Positions 9,475 through 19,040 of a DNA stretch of 64,000 nt are shown one piece after another. The stretch lies in NCBI GenBank assembly GCA_039811685.1, contig JBDHZC010000007.1, positions 1 to 64,000 of the forward strand. The letters are read 5' to 3'. The notes below the pieces were generated by a model. That model saw nothing but the letters and a program-made list of their open reading frames with translations, did no database searches and was not told where the DNA came from. The DNA is from Armatimonadota bacterium. Lineage in GTDB: Bacteria; Armatimonadota; UBA5829; DSUL01. Position numbers and translations under genes: made by a program. The first letter of the stretch is position 1, and every line of letters begins with the position of its first letter.

Positions 9475-9688
9475 ATCACTAATTCGGCCTATGCCGTGCC
9501 AGTACTTTAGTGCTGTAGCTCTGGTTGACACTCCGCACAAAGTAACGGTACAGCTCACCAGCCAACGCTTCTTCAAGCGCGCTGGACGCGTAAAAACTGA
9601 ATACTGACTGACGATGTTCAGACGAAACCGGCCACAGAAACGTTCCTCTGGGCGCACGGGCGTGCGTTCAGCTTCAGAAGCTCGCTCG

Positions 9689-9958
9689 CTATACCAACTG
9701 ATCTCGTGTCAGTTGTAGATTCGGATCCTTCCGGAGGATCTCTTCGGCTTGGTCCAGCGCAAGTTCACTGAGGTTGCTGGCGAGGCGCGTGCTTCCAACC
9801 AGCATCCATTCGTCTCCTGAGCGCCGGAAGTAGTCCGCCCGCTGATACGCCGCCTCATTCAGATCGTCATTTTGCTGAACAACTTGAATGCGATAAACAC
9901 TCTGCCCAAGCGTGACCTCCCGAACTTCGGAGTCCAGCTTTTGCTCTACCCTTTTCAT
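9689..9958 (-). CDS. Small hypothetical protein (89 aa)
   Basis: GAGGAG RBS, ATG start, globular composition. Confidence 0.7.
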   Translation of the reverse strand: MKRVEQKLDSEVREVTLGQSVYRIQVVQQNDDLNEAAYQRADYFRRSGDEWMLVGSTRLASNLSELALDQAEEILRKDPNLQLTRDQLV

Positions 9959-10371
9959 ATCGCGTCTCCTCTGATGCGTCCTGGTACGGGAGGTTTTTAC
10001 CCATTCGGAGCAAGCAGCACACTCCCGGAGATCGCGCCTCCGGGAGAATCAACAGACACCACCGTTGTCTAAAGCGTTCGGGTTTATCGCCGGCGACTGC
10101 GCGGATATAAAAGAAACACAGAATTGCAGCGATAAGCGTGTCTGGCGATCATCGAGGCTGTCGGACAAACATGTTCGCGTGAGAGTGAACTCAGCAGGAG
10201 TTAGCTGGAAAGATGCGATCTCACATCCAGCGGCACGCCAGGTCAGGATCAGAGCAAACGGGCGATCCAGCACTTTGTTAAATTCTGCATAAATGAGGAA
10301 CAAAACTAGCCTGCCGGACACTCTGATAGATAGTCCTGCATTGAGAGTGCAGGTAGTAGAGGAGCCATTGA

Positions 10372-10680
10372 ATGGTCAACGACAACGGAGTCGGAGGCGA
10401 GTCCACAAATCTCGTCCAGATGTTTTCGCAACGGTTCGCGGAGCTTATTGAAAGCGGCCAGAGCCTTGTTTGGTCGCTTTTTCAGATTGAGCACGAGCAG
10501 CAGGATCCCCAACTCAAGCGCATTGTCCGCAATGTACGCATGGACATTGAGCTTGGCGCGCATCTTTCCGCTGCTATGGCCAAGCACGCAGAGTTCTTCG
10601 ACGATCGCTACATCGCAGAAGTTGTGCGGGGTGAGCAAGAGGACCTGCGCACAGCCTTCCGCAAGCTGGCGAGCGTCTAG
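10372..10680 (+). CDS. Stand-alone type II secretion F (PilC/GspF-like) cytoplasmic domain protein
   Basis: LIESGQSLVWSL...IELGAHLSAAMAKH.EFFD..YI..V..GE pattern; GAGGAG RBS; no TM helix. Confidence 0.75.
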   Translation: MVNDNGVGGESTNLVQMFSQRFAELIESGQSLVWSLFQIEHEQQDPQLKRIVRNVRMDIELGAHLSAAMAKHAEFFDDRYIAEVVRGEQEDLRTAFRKLASV

Positions 10681-11048
10681 CGTTTGCGGGTATCTCCGCA
10701 CTTGTCTTAAGCCTGGATAGGCTTGCCCAGAGTCTGAGTAAAGCTCGCGCGCGGGATAGATCAACCGTTCTGGCGGATTGAAACCGTTGCTCGGTTTTTT
10801 GGAAGCAAGCGTTCGACGAGGCGCCTGTCCTGTACTGCGGATGCCACAGTCGCGCAAATAACGTGGAATGAATCGGCATAGCCCGCACTATCACAGTCAT
10901 CTCAGAGATCTGGCATAACGCCAGAGATTCAGCGACGCTCTTCAATTACAGAGCGTCTGGGACTGCGTACAACAGGGCGGTATCAGTGGTGGAGCGAAAC
11001 GGCTCAGTGTAACGGCGCCTATCCGGAGAGATTGAGAGTTTTGTTGCT

Positions 11049-12746
11049 GTGTGGCGTGCCCAAGCACAAATAGAACTGACGAAGTATCTCTGCATAGCCC
11101 TGGTGTTGTGTGTTCTGGGTGGTTCCTCAGTCAGCGCTCAACTCATAAACGGAGATTTCGAGACAGGTAATCTGCAGGGGTGGTTTCCGACTGGCTCTTT
11201 CTATGCGACTGTCAGCCAGGACAACCGGGGGATGACGGCGTGCCACGGAGACTTCTTCTGGGGCCTAAACGTTACCGGCTGGAGTAGCGATGCCAGCATC
11301 TTCCAGCGCGTATACCTCACTCCCGGTTCCTATACTGTCTCTGCCTGTGTCCAGGCAGAGACGACAGACTTTTCCAACTACCAAGCCGGCTATGTGAATC
11401 CGGACGACTACAAATCCGGACACTCTAACGCCAACATCCGCATCGACTTGAACGGCGGCATTGACTCCACTGTCTACCAGTTTTCCATAGACGAACTGAG
11501 CGACGGGTTGTTCTGGAAGCGCTATGCTTTGAACTTCACAGTGCAGCAGGCAGGTTACGTCACAATCTTTCTAACCGCACAACAGTCAGATCAGTATCTG
11601 GGGCACTGGACTGGGTTTGACGATGTCAAGCTGGAGAGACAGATTCCCGCAGTTGGACAGCCAGCCTCAACGCTGTTGAACGGTGACTTCGAGCAGGGTA
11701 TCACTGGATGGACCCAGTACGGCTCTGGAAGCGTTGAGCCGGGAGGCTTTGGCATTGTTCCCTGCAGCGGGGCTCATAACTGGCAGGCTGTAGCAAACGG
11801 TGTGGATAAGAATGGAGGGATCTTCCAGACACTATTTCTGGACAGGGGCATCTACACGGTCCGCGCCTGCACACAGGCAGCATCCAGCCGCAAGCTTTTT
11901 TTTTACTACGCTGGGGAGGACTCAAAGCCACCCAAAACGACGCTGTCGATAAGGGTTGACACAACAGGTGGCAACAATCCAAATCAGTTCAACTTTTCAA
12001 CTGGCAGCTACGAGACTGGCTTTCGATGGAGAAACGCAGAACTTACATTTGCGATCGACAATCCCGGTCCGGTGACACTGTTCCTGGACGGGCGAGGAGC
12101 CGGAGCCAGCTTCGCAGGCACGTGGATTGCGTTCGACAATGTCACTCTGACCAGAGCGGCTCACGTGTCGAAAATTGGAGAACTCAAGACAATGCCGGAA
12201 GGAACGGGCGTGATTCTGGAAGGAGCGGTAGTCACGGCCAATACTGACGAAGCCGGCGCAAATTACGTGGAGATGGTTGACAGGAGCTCTGGCATCCGCG
12301 CGGAATCGGCCGTACCGTTTCTGACCGGCAGCACCGTGACGGTACAGGGAGCGCTGTCCACGAAGCCGACTGGAGAACGCTTCCTGGCAAGTGCGGTAGT
12401 TGTGAGTGAGGAGCTGAACCTCCCCCTGCAGCCACTTACTACAAGAGTTTCCAGCCTTGGACCCAATACGGACCCGGACGTCAGCGATCACAGCTTTGGA
12501 ACAGTCGGCCTGTTGATGCGCGTGGCCGGCACTGTTCAGAGCACAGGTGATGGATTCCTCTGCCTGTCCGACGGAAGTGGCTCAGTCAAAGTGGATATGT
12601 CTTCCGCAGGAAGCATTCCGGAGCAGGGAACATTCGTGACACTCACGGGTATAGTGGAGTTAGCTATGTCGAAGCTCGATACCGTTGAAACCGTCTTGCG
12701 ACCCAGATCTCCAGCGGATGTGGAGCAGTCTCTACCCGGCCAATAA
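11049..12746 (+). CDS. Secreted protein with two carbohydrate-binding-like jelly-roll domains and a tandem OB-like C-terminal module
   Basis: Signal peptide ending VSA-Q; two repeats of L.NGDFE.G...GW...IFQ...FD.V.L; tail from ~12165 ending LRPRSPADV. Confidence 0.85.
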   Translation: MWRAQAQIELTKYLCIALVLCVLGGSSVSAQLINGDFETGNLQGWFPTGSFYATVSQDNRGMTACHGDFFWGLNVTGWSSDASIFQRVYLTPGSYTVSACVQAETTDFSNYQAGYVNPDDYKSGHSNANIRIDLNGGIDSTVYQFSIDELSDGLFWKRYALNFTVQQAGYVTIFLTAQQSDQYLGHWTGFDDVKLERQIPAVGQPASTLLNGDFEQGITGWTQYGSGSVEPGGFGIVPCSGAHNWQAVANGVDKNGGIFQTLFLDRGIYTVRACTQAASSRKLFFYYAGEDSKPPKTTLSIRVDTTGGNNPNQFNFSTGSYETGFRWRNAELTFAIDNPGPVTLFLDGRGAGASFAGTWIAFDNVTLTRAAHVSKIGELKTMPEGTGVILEGAVVTANTDEAGANYVEMVDRSSGIRAESAVPFLTGSTVTVQGALSTKPTGERFLASAVVVSEELNLPLQPLTTRVSSLGPNTDPDVSDHSFGTVGLLMRVAGTVQSTGDGFLCLSDGSGSVKVDMSSAGSIPEQGTFVTLTGIVELAMSKLDTVETVLRPRSPADVEQSLPGQ

Positions 12747-13057
12747 TCATACTGCTCGCGCTCACGTCAGGACAGAGATGTCCGCAACAGAGGAGAAGAG
12801 CGCTCATTCGGCTAAATAGTTGTTGAAGCCTGCGCCGGGCGAACATCACTTGCTCAACTCCGGACTCGAGAGATCTATCGAGTAGCCTCGCAGCCTTCAA
12901 GTCCACTCCAAACCGTGTAAACAGGAGACAACGTCATGTCACCTCACCCCGACGAAGGGAATAATCCAAGGACTGCTATTTCACTGTGCGTCGCCTCAAG
13001 GCGATGGCTGATACTGGGCTTTGCGCTGACACTGTGTGAGTTGATTGCGGGCTGAAC

Positions 13058-13789
13058 TTGCTGAAAGCGCCCACCACACAGACTCCTTCTACCGCAGATA
13101 AACCACGCGTACCGCCACAAGTGGAGTCTTCGGCTGTTGGTTACACCGTTCAGGGTCGCCCGATTGAATTGCAGACGCTTAGTCCCAGGGCAGGCCCTGT
13201 CAGGCGCTGGGTGCTTCTGCTGGGCAGTGTGCACGGGGATGAACCTGAAGGTGTCTGGCTGCTGGATAGCGCCATGAGAGAGTGGGCGGACGACTATTTG
13301 TTTCGGAGTACCGGCGTCGCGGCAGTCGTCTGCGCGAATCCGGACGGAAGGCGCGCCCGCACGCGCTGGAACGCATCCGGAGTGGACCTCAATCGTAACC
13401 TGCCGACACGGGACTGGACTGCATCCTACAGGCACAAAGGAAACAATCCGGGGCCTGCGCCATCGAGTGAGCCTGAGACACGCGCGCTGCTTGCGACCAT
13501 TGAGCGCTTTCAGCCAGCTGCAATCCTGTCCATCCACTCCATGCGGCGTTATCAGGTCAATATCAACGGCCCGGCCCTTGAGTGGGGACGGAGGCTGGCG
13601 CAGGTATGTGACTATCCCGTCACAGAAGACATCGGATACCCGTGCCCCGGGTCGCTCGGCACGTACGCGGGCGCAGAACTTCAGATTCCGACTATCACCC
13701 TGGAAGTGCAGCGTGGCCTGCGCCGCTCAGACGTTCTCAAAATTCACAGCCCTGTTGTTCAGGCGGCTGTTGCATTCTGGGACGAATGA
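13058..13789 (+). CDS. mpaA: M14 zinc carboxypeptidase, murein peptide amidase A-like (possibly 5'-frameshifted)
   Basis: HGDE, NPDG, GVDLNRN, SEPET, SIHS, GSLGTY and TLE motifs. Confidence 0.85.
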   Translation: MLKAPTTQTPSTADKPRVPPQVESSAVGYTVQGRPIELQTLSPRAGPVRRWVLLLGSVHGDEPEGVWLLDSAMREWADDYLFRSTGVAAVVCANPDGRRARTRWNASGVDLNRNLPTRDWTASYRHKGNNPGPAPSSEPETRALLATIERFQPAAILSIHSMRRYQVNINGPALEWGRRLAQVCDYPVTEDIGYPCPGSLGTYAGAELQIPTITLEVQRGLRRSDVLKIHSPVVQAAVAFWDE

Positions 13790-14103
13790 GCACAGAGAGC
13801 CCTGGTTTTTGTCTGCCTAAGAGCCGTCACCTGCCAATACTCCCTGAGAACTAGCAAAATTACTAGGTGACAGGGCCGAGGTTCGGTGGTACGCTTGCAG
13901 TGTTACGCAGGGAGAGGGGAATGGAAAGCGGACGCTGAGTCATCGGTGTCCGCTGTTTTTGTACCGGCTTCTCTTCCCAACGCCGCAACAGCGCGCTCCT
14001 GAGCTGTGATAACGCACACAACAAGGTAACCCCTCCAACCTATTCCCGTTGAGTCCTTACGCGTGTTCGCTTCCCTGAGACTCGCCCGGTTTTTTACCGA
14101 CAT

Positions 14104-15633
14104 GTGACCAGAAGGCCGAGAGCACACCTCAATCTGAAAGGCCATCACACTGCAGGGAGAAACAGGTTCTTGGGAGTCGCGCTGATTGTTGTTGGCAAGG
14201 CATCTTTGCGCCGAAGCGTGCGTGAAACCTTGGGACACACCCAAAACCCAGTGCGCTGCTTTGCCAGTCCGTCTGCTGCGCTGCGGAGATTGAGGTCTCA
14301 CAACCCAACTGCCGCCGTGATCGACGCCCAGGCGGCCTGTCCTCCTCTGTTGAACGCGTTGCAGGAGAGCAATGCGGCAGTATTCGTCTTGCATGACTCC
14401 GAGTCCTCACCCATCCCATCAGGTCTGCCGGATGGGTCTGTCAACGTGTGGAGCGATCAGCAGCAGCGCCTGGCGGATAGAGTTGCAGCGGCGCTTGACG
14501 CAGCGAATCTGGCGACTGGAGACGCTCGCGAGACAGTGGAGCGCCGACTTCTGGGACTGAGAGACAAGCAGCGCGATCTCCAGGCGGAACTGGAGGCGAA
14601 GAGCCGTTTTCTGGCAAATGTGTCGCACGAGCTGCGCACACCCCTGACAAGTATCCGCGAGTTTGCTTCACTGACGCTTGACGAAATAGCCGGCCCGGTC
14701 ACAGACGACCAGCGGGACTTCCAGCGCACGATCATATCCAATGTGGACCATCTGAGCGCGATAATTCAGGACCTGCTGCTTATGTCGGAGGCGGAGCAGG
14801 ACGGGTTGCATCTGGCGCTTGGACCTCTGGAGATGAACAGGACGATTCAAAGGGCGCTGGATCAGACACCCTGGAAGAGCGCCAATCAGGCAGACATTTC
14901 TGTCACAGTTCCCCAAGACCTGCCCCTGGCGCTTGGAGATGACACAAGGATTGTGCAAGTCCTAACCAACCTTCTCTCCAACGCTCTCAAGTTCACGCCT
15001 GCCGAAGGCCATATTCGTATCAGCGCGCAGGCGAGCAACTCAGAAATCCGGGTAAGCGTCGAGGACACCGGGCGTGGGATTGCAAAACACGATCTCTTTC
15101 GAATTTTTGACCGCTTCTATCAGGTGGCCGACCCCGACGGACCAAGCCGCAAAGGGACAGGGCTCGGACTTAACATTGTGAAATCCATTGTAGAAGCCCA
15201 CGGTGGAGCAGTGGGAGTGACCAGCGAGGCAGGAAAAGGCTCCACCTTTTGGTTCACTCTGCCGATATTCTCGTTGGGAGCGTGGCTGCAGAGCAGCGAC
15301 GCCTCTGGTAGCGCGTCTCGAGCGCCGATTGTGGTGACTGTCAGGATGCAGACCACGGCCAGGGGCCGAAGGCCACAGCGGGAAGACCTGGAGCGCACGG
15401 CAGAACTTCTGAAACGCGCGCTCAGGAAAGACGACAGGCTCGTGACGGTACCTGCTGCGGAATGCGTTTACGTGCTGGCGCAGGGACGCCGAAGCCAGGG
15501 ACTATCTCTGCGAGATCGGCTGGCGCAAGTGATACGGGACTGCACGGATGACAGTCTGCGTGAGTTTGGCTTCGAGATAACTCTTGAAGACCCAGACGGC
15601 CACGCAGGGCAGCGGCCGCGGGCTGCGGCGTAG
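14104..15633 (+). CDS. Cytoplasmic sensor histidine kinase (degenerate receiver-like N-terminus, HisKA, HATPase, C-terminal extension)
   Basis: FLANVSHELRTPL, NLLSNALKFT, DTGRGI, GTGLGL, GSTF; start uncertain. Confidence 0.9.
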   Translation: MTRRPRAHLNLKGHHTAGRNRFLGVALIVVGKASLRRSVRETLGHTQNPVRCFASPSAALRRLRSHNPTAAVIDAQAACPPLLNALQESNAAVFVLHDSESSPIPSGLPDGSVNVWSDQQQRLADRVAAALDAANLATGDARETVERRLLGLRDKQRDLQAELEAKSRFLANVSHELRTPLTSIREFASLTLDEIAGPVTDDQRDFQRTIISNVDHLSAIIQDLLLMSEAEQDGLHLALGPLEMNRTIQRALDQTPWKSANQADISVTVPQDLPLALGDDTRIVQVLTNLLSNALKFTPAEGHIRISAQASNSEIRVSVEDTGRGIAKHDLFRIFDRFYQVADPDGPSRKGTGLGLNIVKSIVEAHGGAVGVTSEAGKGSTFWFTLPIFSLGAWLQSSDASGSASRAPIVVTVRMQTTARGRRPQREDLERTAELLKRALRKDDRLVTVPAAECVYVLAQGRRSQGLSLRDRLAQVIRDCTDDSLREFGFEITLEDPDGHAGQRPRAAA

Positions 15634-15648
15634 GTTTTGGAGGCAACG

Positions 15649-16059
15649 ATGACAAAGGCAAAAGTTCTTATTGCTGACGACGACGAGGATATCCTCAAAG
15701 CGATGTCACTGCGGCTGAAAGCGGCTGGCTATGACGTGGTCTGGGCCGTGGACGCTGTGCAGGCCGTTATGCGCGCGCGACAGGAAAAACCGGATGTAGC
15801 GGTGCTGGATGTACATATGCCAGCCGGCGATGGTTTGGCTGTGATGGACAAGTTTGACAGCTCAGAAGACACCATCGGGATTCCTGTCGTACTGGTGACA
15901 GCCGACACACAGGCGTCCACCAGAGACCGCGCGCTGGCTGCGGGTGTGCGTCACTACCTCACTAAACCGTTTGAAACCAGGCATCTGATTGCGTGTGTGG
16001 AGCGCGCTCTGGCTACGCGCGCGGGCAAACAGACGATAGGATCCGAACAGCTCAGCTAA
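15649..16059 (+). CDS. Single-domain response regulator
   Basis: LIADDD, LDVHMP, VTA and YLTKPF motifs; GGAGG RBS. Confidence 0.92.
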   Translation: MTKAKVLIADDDEDILKAMSLRLKAAGYDVVWAVDAVQAVMRARQEKPDVAVLDVHMPAGDGLAVMDKFDSSEDTIGIPVVLVTADTQASTRDRALAAGVRHYLTKPFETRHLIACVERALATRAGKQTIGSEQLS

Positions 16060-16344
16060 CAGCTGCGCGTTCCGTCATTTCGGGCGACGGCTCAGCTCCG
16101 CGATAGCCAGGATCGCTTCGCGGAGTCAGTTGGCCCTGTACTCCTTGTCCTGAGCTTCTTACGCACGACAAAACCCGGCTGATTTGTCCTCATCAGCCGA
16201 TCTGCCTTTTGGATCATCCGCGCAGAATACGCCGAAGCTCGTCCAGTCTTTACAGGACGGGGAATGCTCCAGAGGAGTTGACATTCTCGCAGGCGGCAGG
16301 GTTTGCGATGTGCGAGTGCGAAGCTAAGAGCGAGGTACTCAAAG

Positions 16345-18975
16345 ATGCGTCGCTTTCAGCTTCTTTCGATCGCTTTCTGTCTGCTCGTCGCGACATTCGC
16401 CCTTTCACAATCCGCTCACTCTGCTGATCCGCCCTCACCTCTGGTTATGCCTGTTGAGCGTATCGTCACGGAACGCTGGCAGGATGACAGTATCGCCGCA
16501 GTGACACCGGAGCGCCTGGAGCTGGCGTGCCATTCCAGCGCCTCGTCAGAGTGGGACTTCAGTTTCGCCGGATTTGAGACCCGCTGGCGGGGGCCCATTA
16601 GGCTGGAAGTGAGAGGAAGTGGAGGCTACCAGGTTCAGGATATCTTCTCCATTGCCGCTATCTCGCTGGACTACGGCGTCCGGGGCCGATGGCCGGAGCG
16701 CTCGTTCTTCGGAATGGGCTTGATTCAGGGGTCACGAAATCCTCATCCTCCATCATGGGGCGCAGAAAGCAACGGGAAGTTCATCATGCGCGGCAACCTG
16801 CTGGAAGCCTCTCAAAAACCGCAGCGCCTGACAATAGATCCTCAAAAATATGCGCCCAAAGGCTGGGATGGGCGGCTGTGGATAGGGTTGGTTCTGCACA
16901 ACACAGGCAGAAACAGGTGGCTGCGCGCGCGCATCGTGAACACGAACATCGGCTCAAAGACGCAGTCCGCCGAGCTAGACATCCGGGGGCTTCGGCAGCG
17001 CATGCAGGAAAATCAGACGCAGTTTCTCGGCAACTGGCTGCAAGAGTTGAGCGAGAGGCCACAGGCCAGGCTCGCGATTCCTGTCGAACTCGCGGCTTAT
17101 TTCAGTGGCACAGAGGATGCTTCACCCAGGGTTACCAGAAAGGTGATTCAAGCGGCACTGGAGGATTCGCGAAAAGAAGCGCTGGGCGCTAAGCGCTTTC
17201 TGAGCCTTACAGGCGCGTATTTTGGCCAACCGCAGGAACGAGAGGCTGCAAAGAGCGCCGCCCAGGCGGCCAACGACCTTGTCAAAGCATGGCGCAGGGG
17301 AGGCGGTGTCGGAAAAAATCTGGGCTGCATTGTGCGGGTGGCGTCCAACATGGAAAAGGTGGGTCTGAAAGACCTGGCAGCGGGACGGGTGCTGGGTAAT
17401 GACAGACGTCCCGTGCAGATCAGCGCAGCGCGCAACGAACACGAGGCTTTTCAGATTATCCTCACCTCACTTGACGGGGCGCAGGGACGAGTGAAAGTGC
17501 GCGTGCAAGACCTGCGAGGGGCATCAGGCCGTATTCCGGCGTCAAGCTTCACGACCAACGCTGTCGGGTACGTGCGCATTTTTCGCGGCGAGGCGCATGA
17601 AGCGCTGTGGCCTGACCCTCTACTGATAGGCGATATTCCCGACCTGAAGCCAGGAGAAAACCAGCCAGTCTGGGTGTCGCTGCACGTGCCAGCGGAGACG
17701 CCTCCGGGAGTGTACCGCGGAAAGGTAGCAGTCCGGGCAGACAATGGCGGCGAGGTTTCCGTGCCACTTGAAGTCACTGTCCGCAACTTTTGCATCCCGA
17801 AGAAAATCTCCCTGCGCTCCAGCTTCTGGCTGTTCCGGGATCAGCTCAACCGGTTTTACCACAAGGATGAGATTGATCTGGATGACTATCTGAAATGGGT
17901 AGATTTTGCGCTTGACCACCGCCTGTGCCCGGTGGATGTGTATGAAGGCCAGTGTGCTCAGCTTGTGGATATCGTAACCAAAGACGCAGCCGGTCAGTAT
18001 GCGCTACCCAACCCGAATCCCGACTGGAGCAAGTGGGATCGCTACATGCAGCGCATGGTGGATGGTGGAGCGAGCACAGTGCACCTTGGAGTATCGCATC
18101 ATCACGGCGCTTTCTTCGCAGACAAGGAGAACCCGGTCTCTTCGGCCGGTCAGGTAGCACGGGTTATCCAGAGCCTCAAAACCATGGAAGAGCACTACCG
18201 TGAAAAGGGGTGGTTCGATCTTCACTATGTCCAGCTTCGCGACGAAACAAGCGCTCCCGACTCTTTGAACGTGTACAAAGCGGTGCGTGAGCAGATGCCT
18301 GAATTGAATCTACTCCTGACCGCACCGTCCACAGGCGCCCGGCCATACCTGAGAATCCCCTGCCCTTTGACTCCTTCCTTTGATGCCGGATGGCGCGACG
18401 AGATGCACAAAGAAAAAGACCAGTACTGGTGGTATGTGTGTGTCGTTCCAAAAGACCCGTACGCTAACCTTTTCATCTTCCAGAGTGTTTCACAGCACAG
18501 GGCGCTGTTCTGGCAGACGTGGAAGTATGGCGTCGACGGACTGTTGTACTGGGGACTGAACTTCTGGGCAGGCTACGAATACAAATGGCCGCAGGGCTCA
18601 ACGGGACCTCGACGGCGCGTCGCCGAGAGTGGCGATCCGAACTTCTGCCCTCTCCCTGACGCCCCCGGAGACGGCTTCTCCATGTATCCCGGACCTCAAC
18701 CCGGAACGCCAATGTCCAGCATGCGGCTGGAAGCTATGCGGGACGGAGAGGAAGATTATGAATATCTCGTTCTTCTGGACCGGCTCATTGGAGAGAACAG
18801 GCAAAATAAGGCCGCCTCACCCGCACTGAAGGAAGCGATCACTGCGCGCGAGGCGGCAGAGCGGCTGACTCGCAGCGTAACGGACCATGAAAGAAATCCC
18901 GTGGCCTACCAGAGCGTGCGTGAGCAGCTTGCGCGGGGGATTGAAGGACTTTCCCGGATTGCGGGACAGCGGTGA
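16345..18975 (+). CDS. Secreted glycoside hydrolase-like protein (GH123/DUF4091-like)
   Basis: Signal peptide; AARNEHEAFQ, WPDPL, NQPVWV, WWYVC, GLLYW, GDG...YPG and SMRLEAMRDGEEDYEY motifs. Confidence 0.85.
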   Translation: MRRFQLLSIAFCLLVATFALSQSAHSADPPSPLVMPVERIVTERWQDDSIAAVTPERLELACHSSASSEWDFSFAGFETRWRGPIRLEVRGSGGYQVQDIFSIAAISLDYGVRGRWPERSFFGMGLIQGSRNPHPPSWGAESNGKFIMRGNLLEASQKPQRLTIDPQKYAPKGWDGRLWIGLVLHNTGRNRWLRARIVNTNIGSKTQSAELDIRGLRQRMQENQTQFLGNWLQELSERPQARLAIPVELAAYFSGTEDASPRVTRKVIQAALEDSRKEALGAKRFLSLTGAYFGQPQEREAAKSAAQAANDLVKAWRRGGGVGKNLGCIVRVASNMEKVGLKDLAAGRVLGNDRRPVQISAARNEHEAFQIILTSLDGAQGRVKVRVQDLRGASGRIPASSFTTNAVGYVRIFRGEAHEALWPDPLLIGDIPDLKPGENQPVWVSLHVPAETPPGVYRGKVAVRADNGGEVSVPLEVTVRNFCIPKKISLRSSFWLFRDQLNRFYHKDEIDLDDYLKWVDFALDHRLCPVDVYEGQCAQLVDIVTKDAAGQYALPNPNPDWSKWDRYMQRMVDGGASTVHLGVSHHHGAFFADKENPVSSAGQVARVIQSLKTMEEHYREKGWFDLHYVQLRDETSAPDSLNVYKAVREQMPELNLLLTAPSTGARPYLRIPCPLTPSFDAGWRDEMHKEKDQYWWYVCVVPKDPYANLFIFQSVSQHRALFWQTWKYGVDGLLYWGLNFWAGYEYKWPQGSTGPRRRVAESGDPNFCPLPDAPGDGFSMYPGPQPGTPMSSMRLEAMRDGEEDYEYLVLLDRLIGENRQNKAASPALKEAITAREAAERLTRSVTDHERNPVAYQSVREQLARGIEGLSRIAGQR

Positions 18976-19040
18976 TGGAGAAAAAAAGAGGCAGATAGCA
19001 ACTGGCCGCTTCGGTAGAGCGGCTATTCAGTCAGGCTGCT

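Noticed and set aside
9397..9657. 86-aa minus-strand ORF ending at the terminator
   Set aside because: No RBS or protein-like pattern; it contains the promoter of the sRNA candidate.
10022..10046. 9-bp inverted repeat CTCCCGGAG/CTCCGGGAG
   Set aside because: Single copy with no U-tract and no transposase; cannot be assigned.
13053..13064. Selenocysteine read-through at the lipobox TGA
   Set aside because: A second in-frame TGA follows three codons later and the peptidase is in another frame, so a 1-bp indel explains it better.
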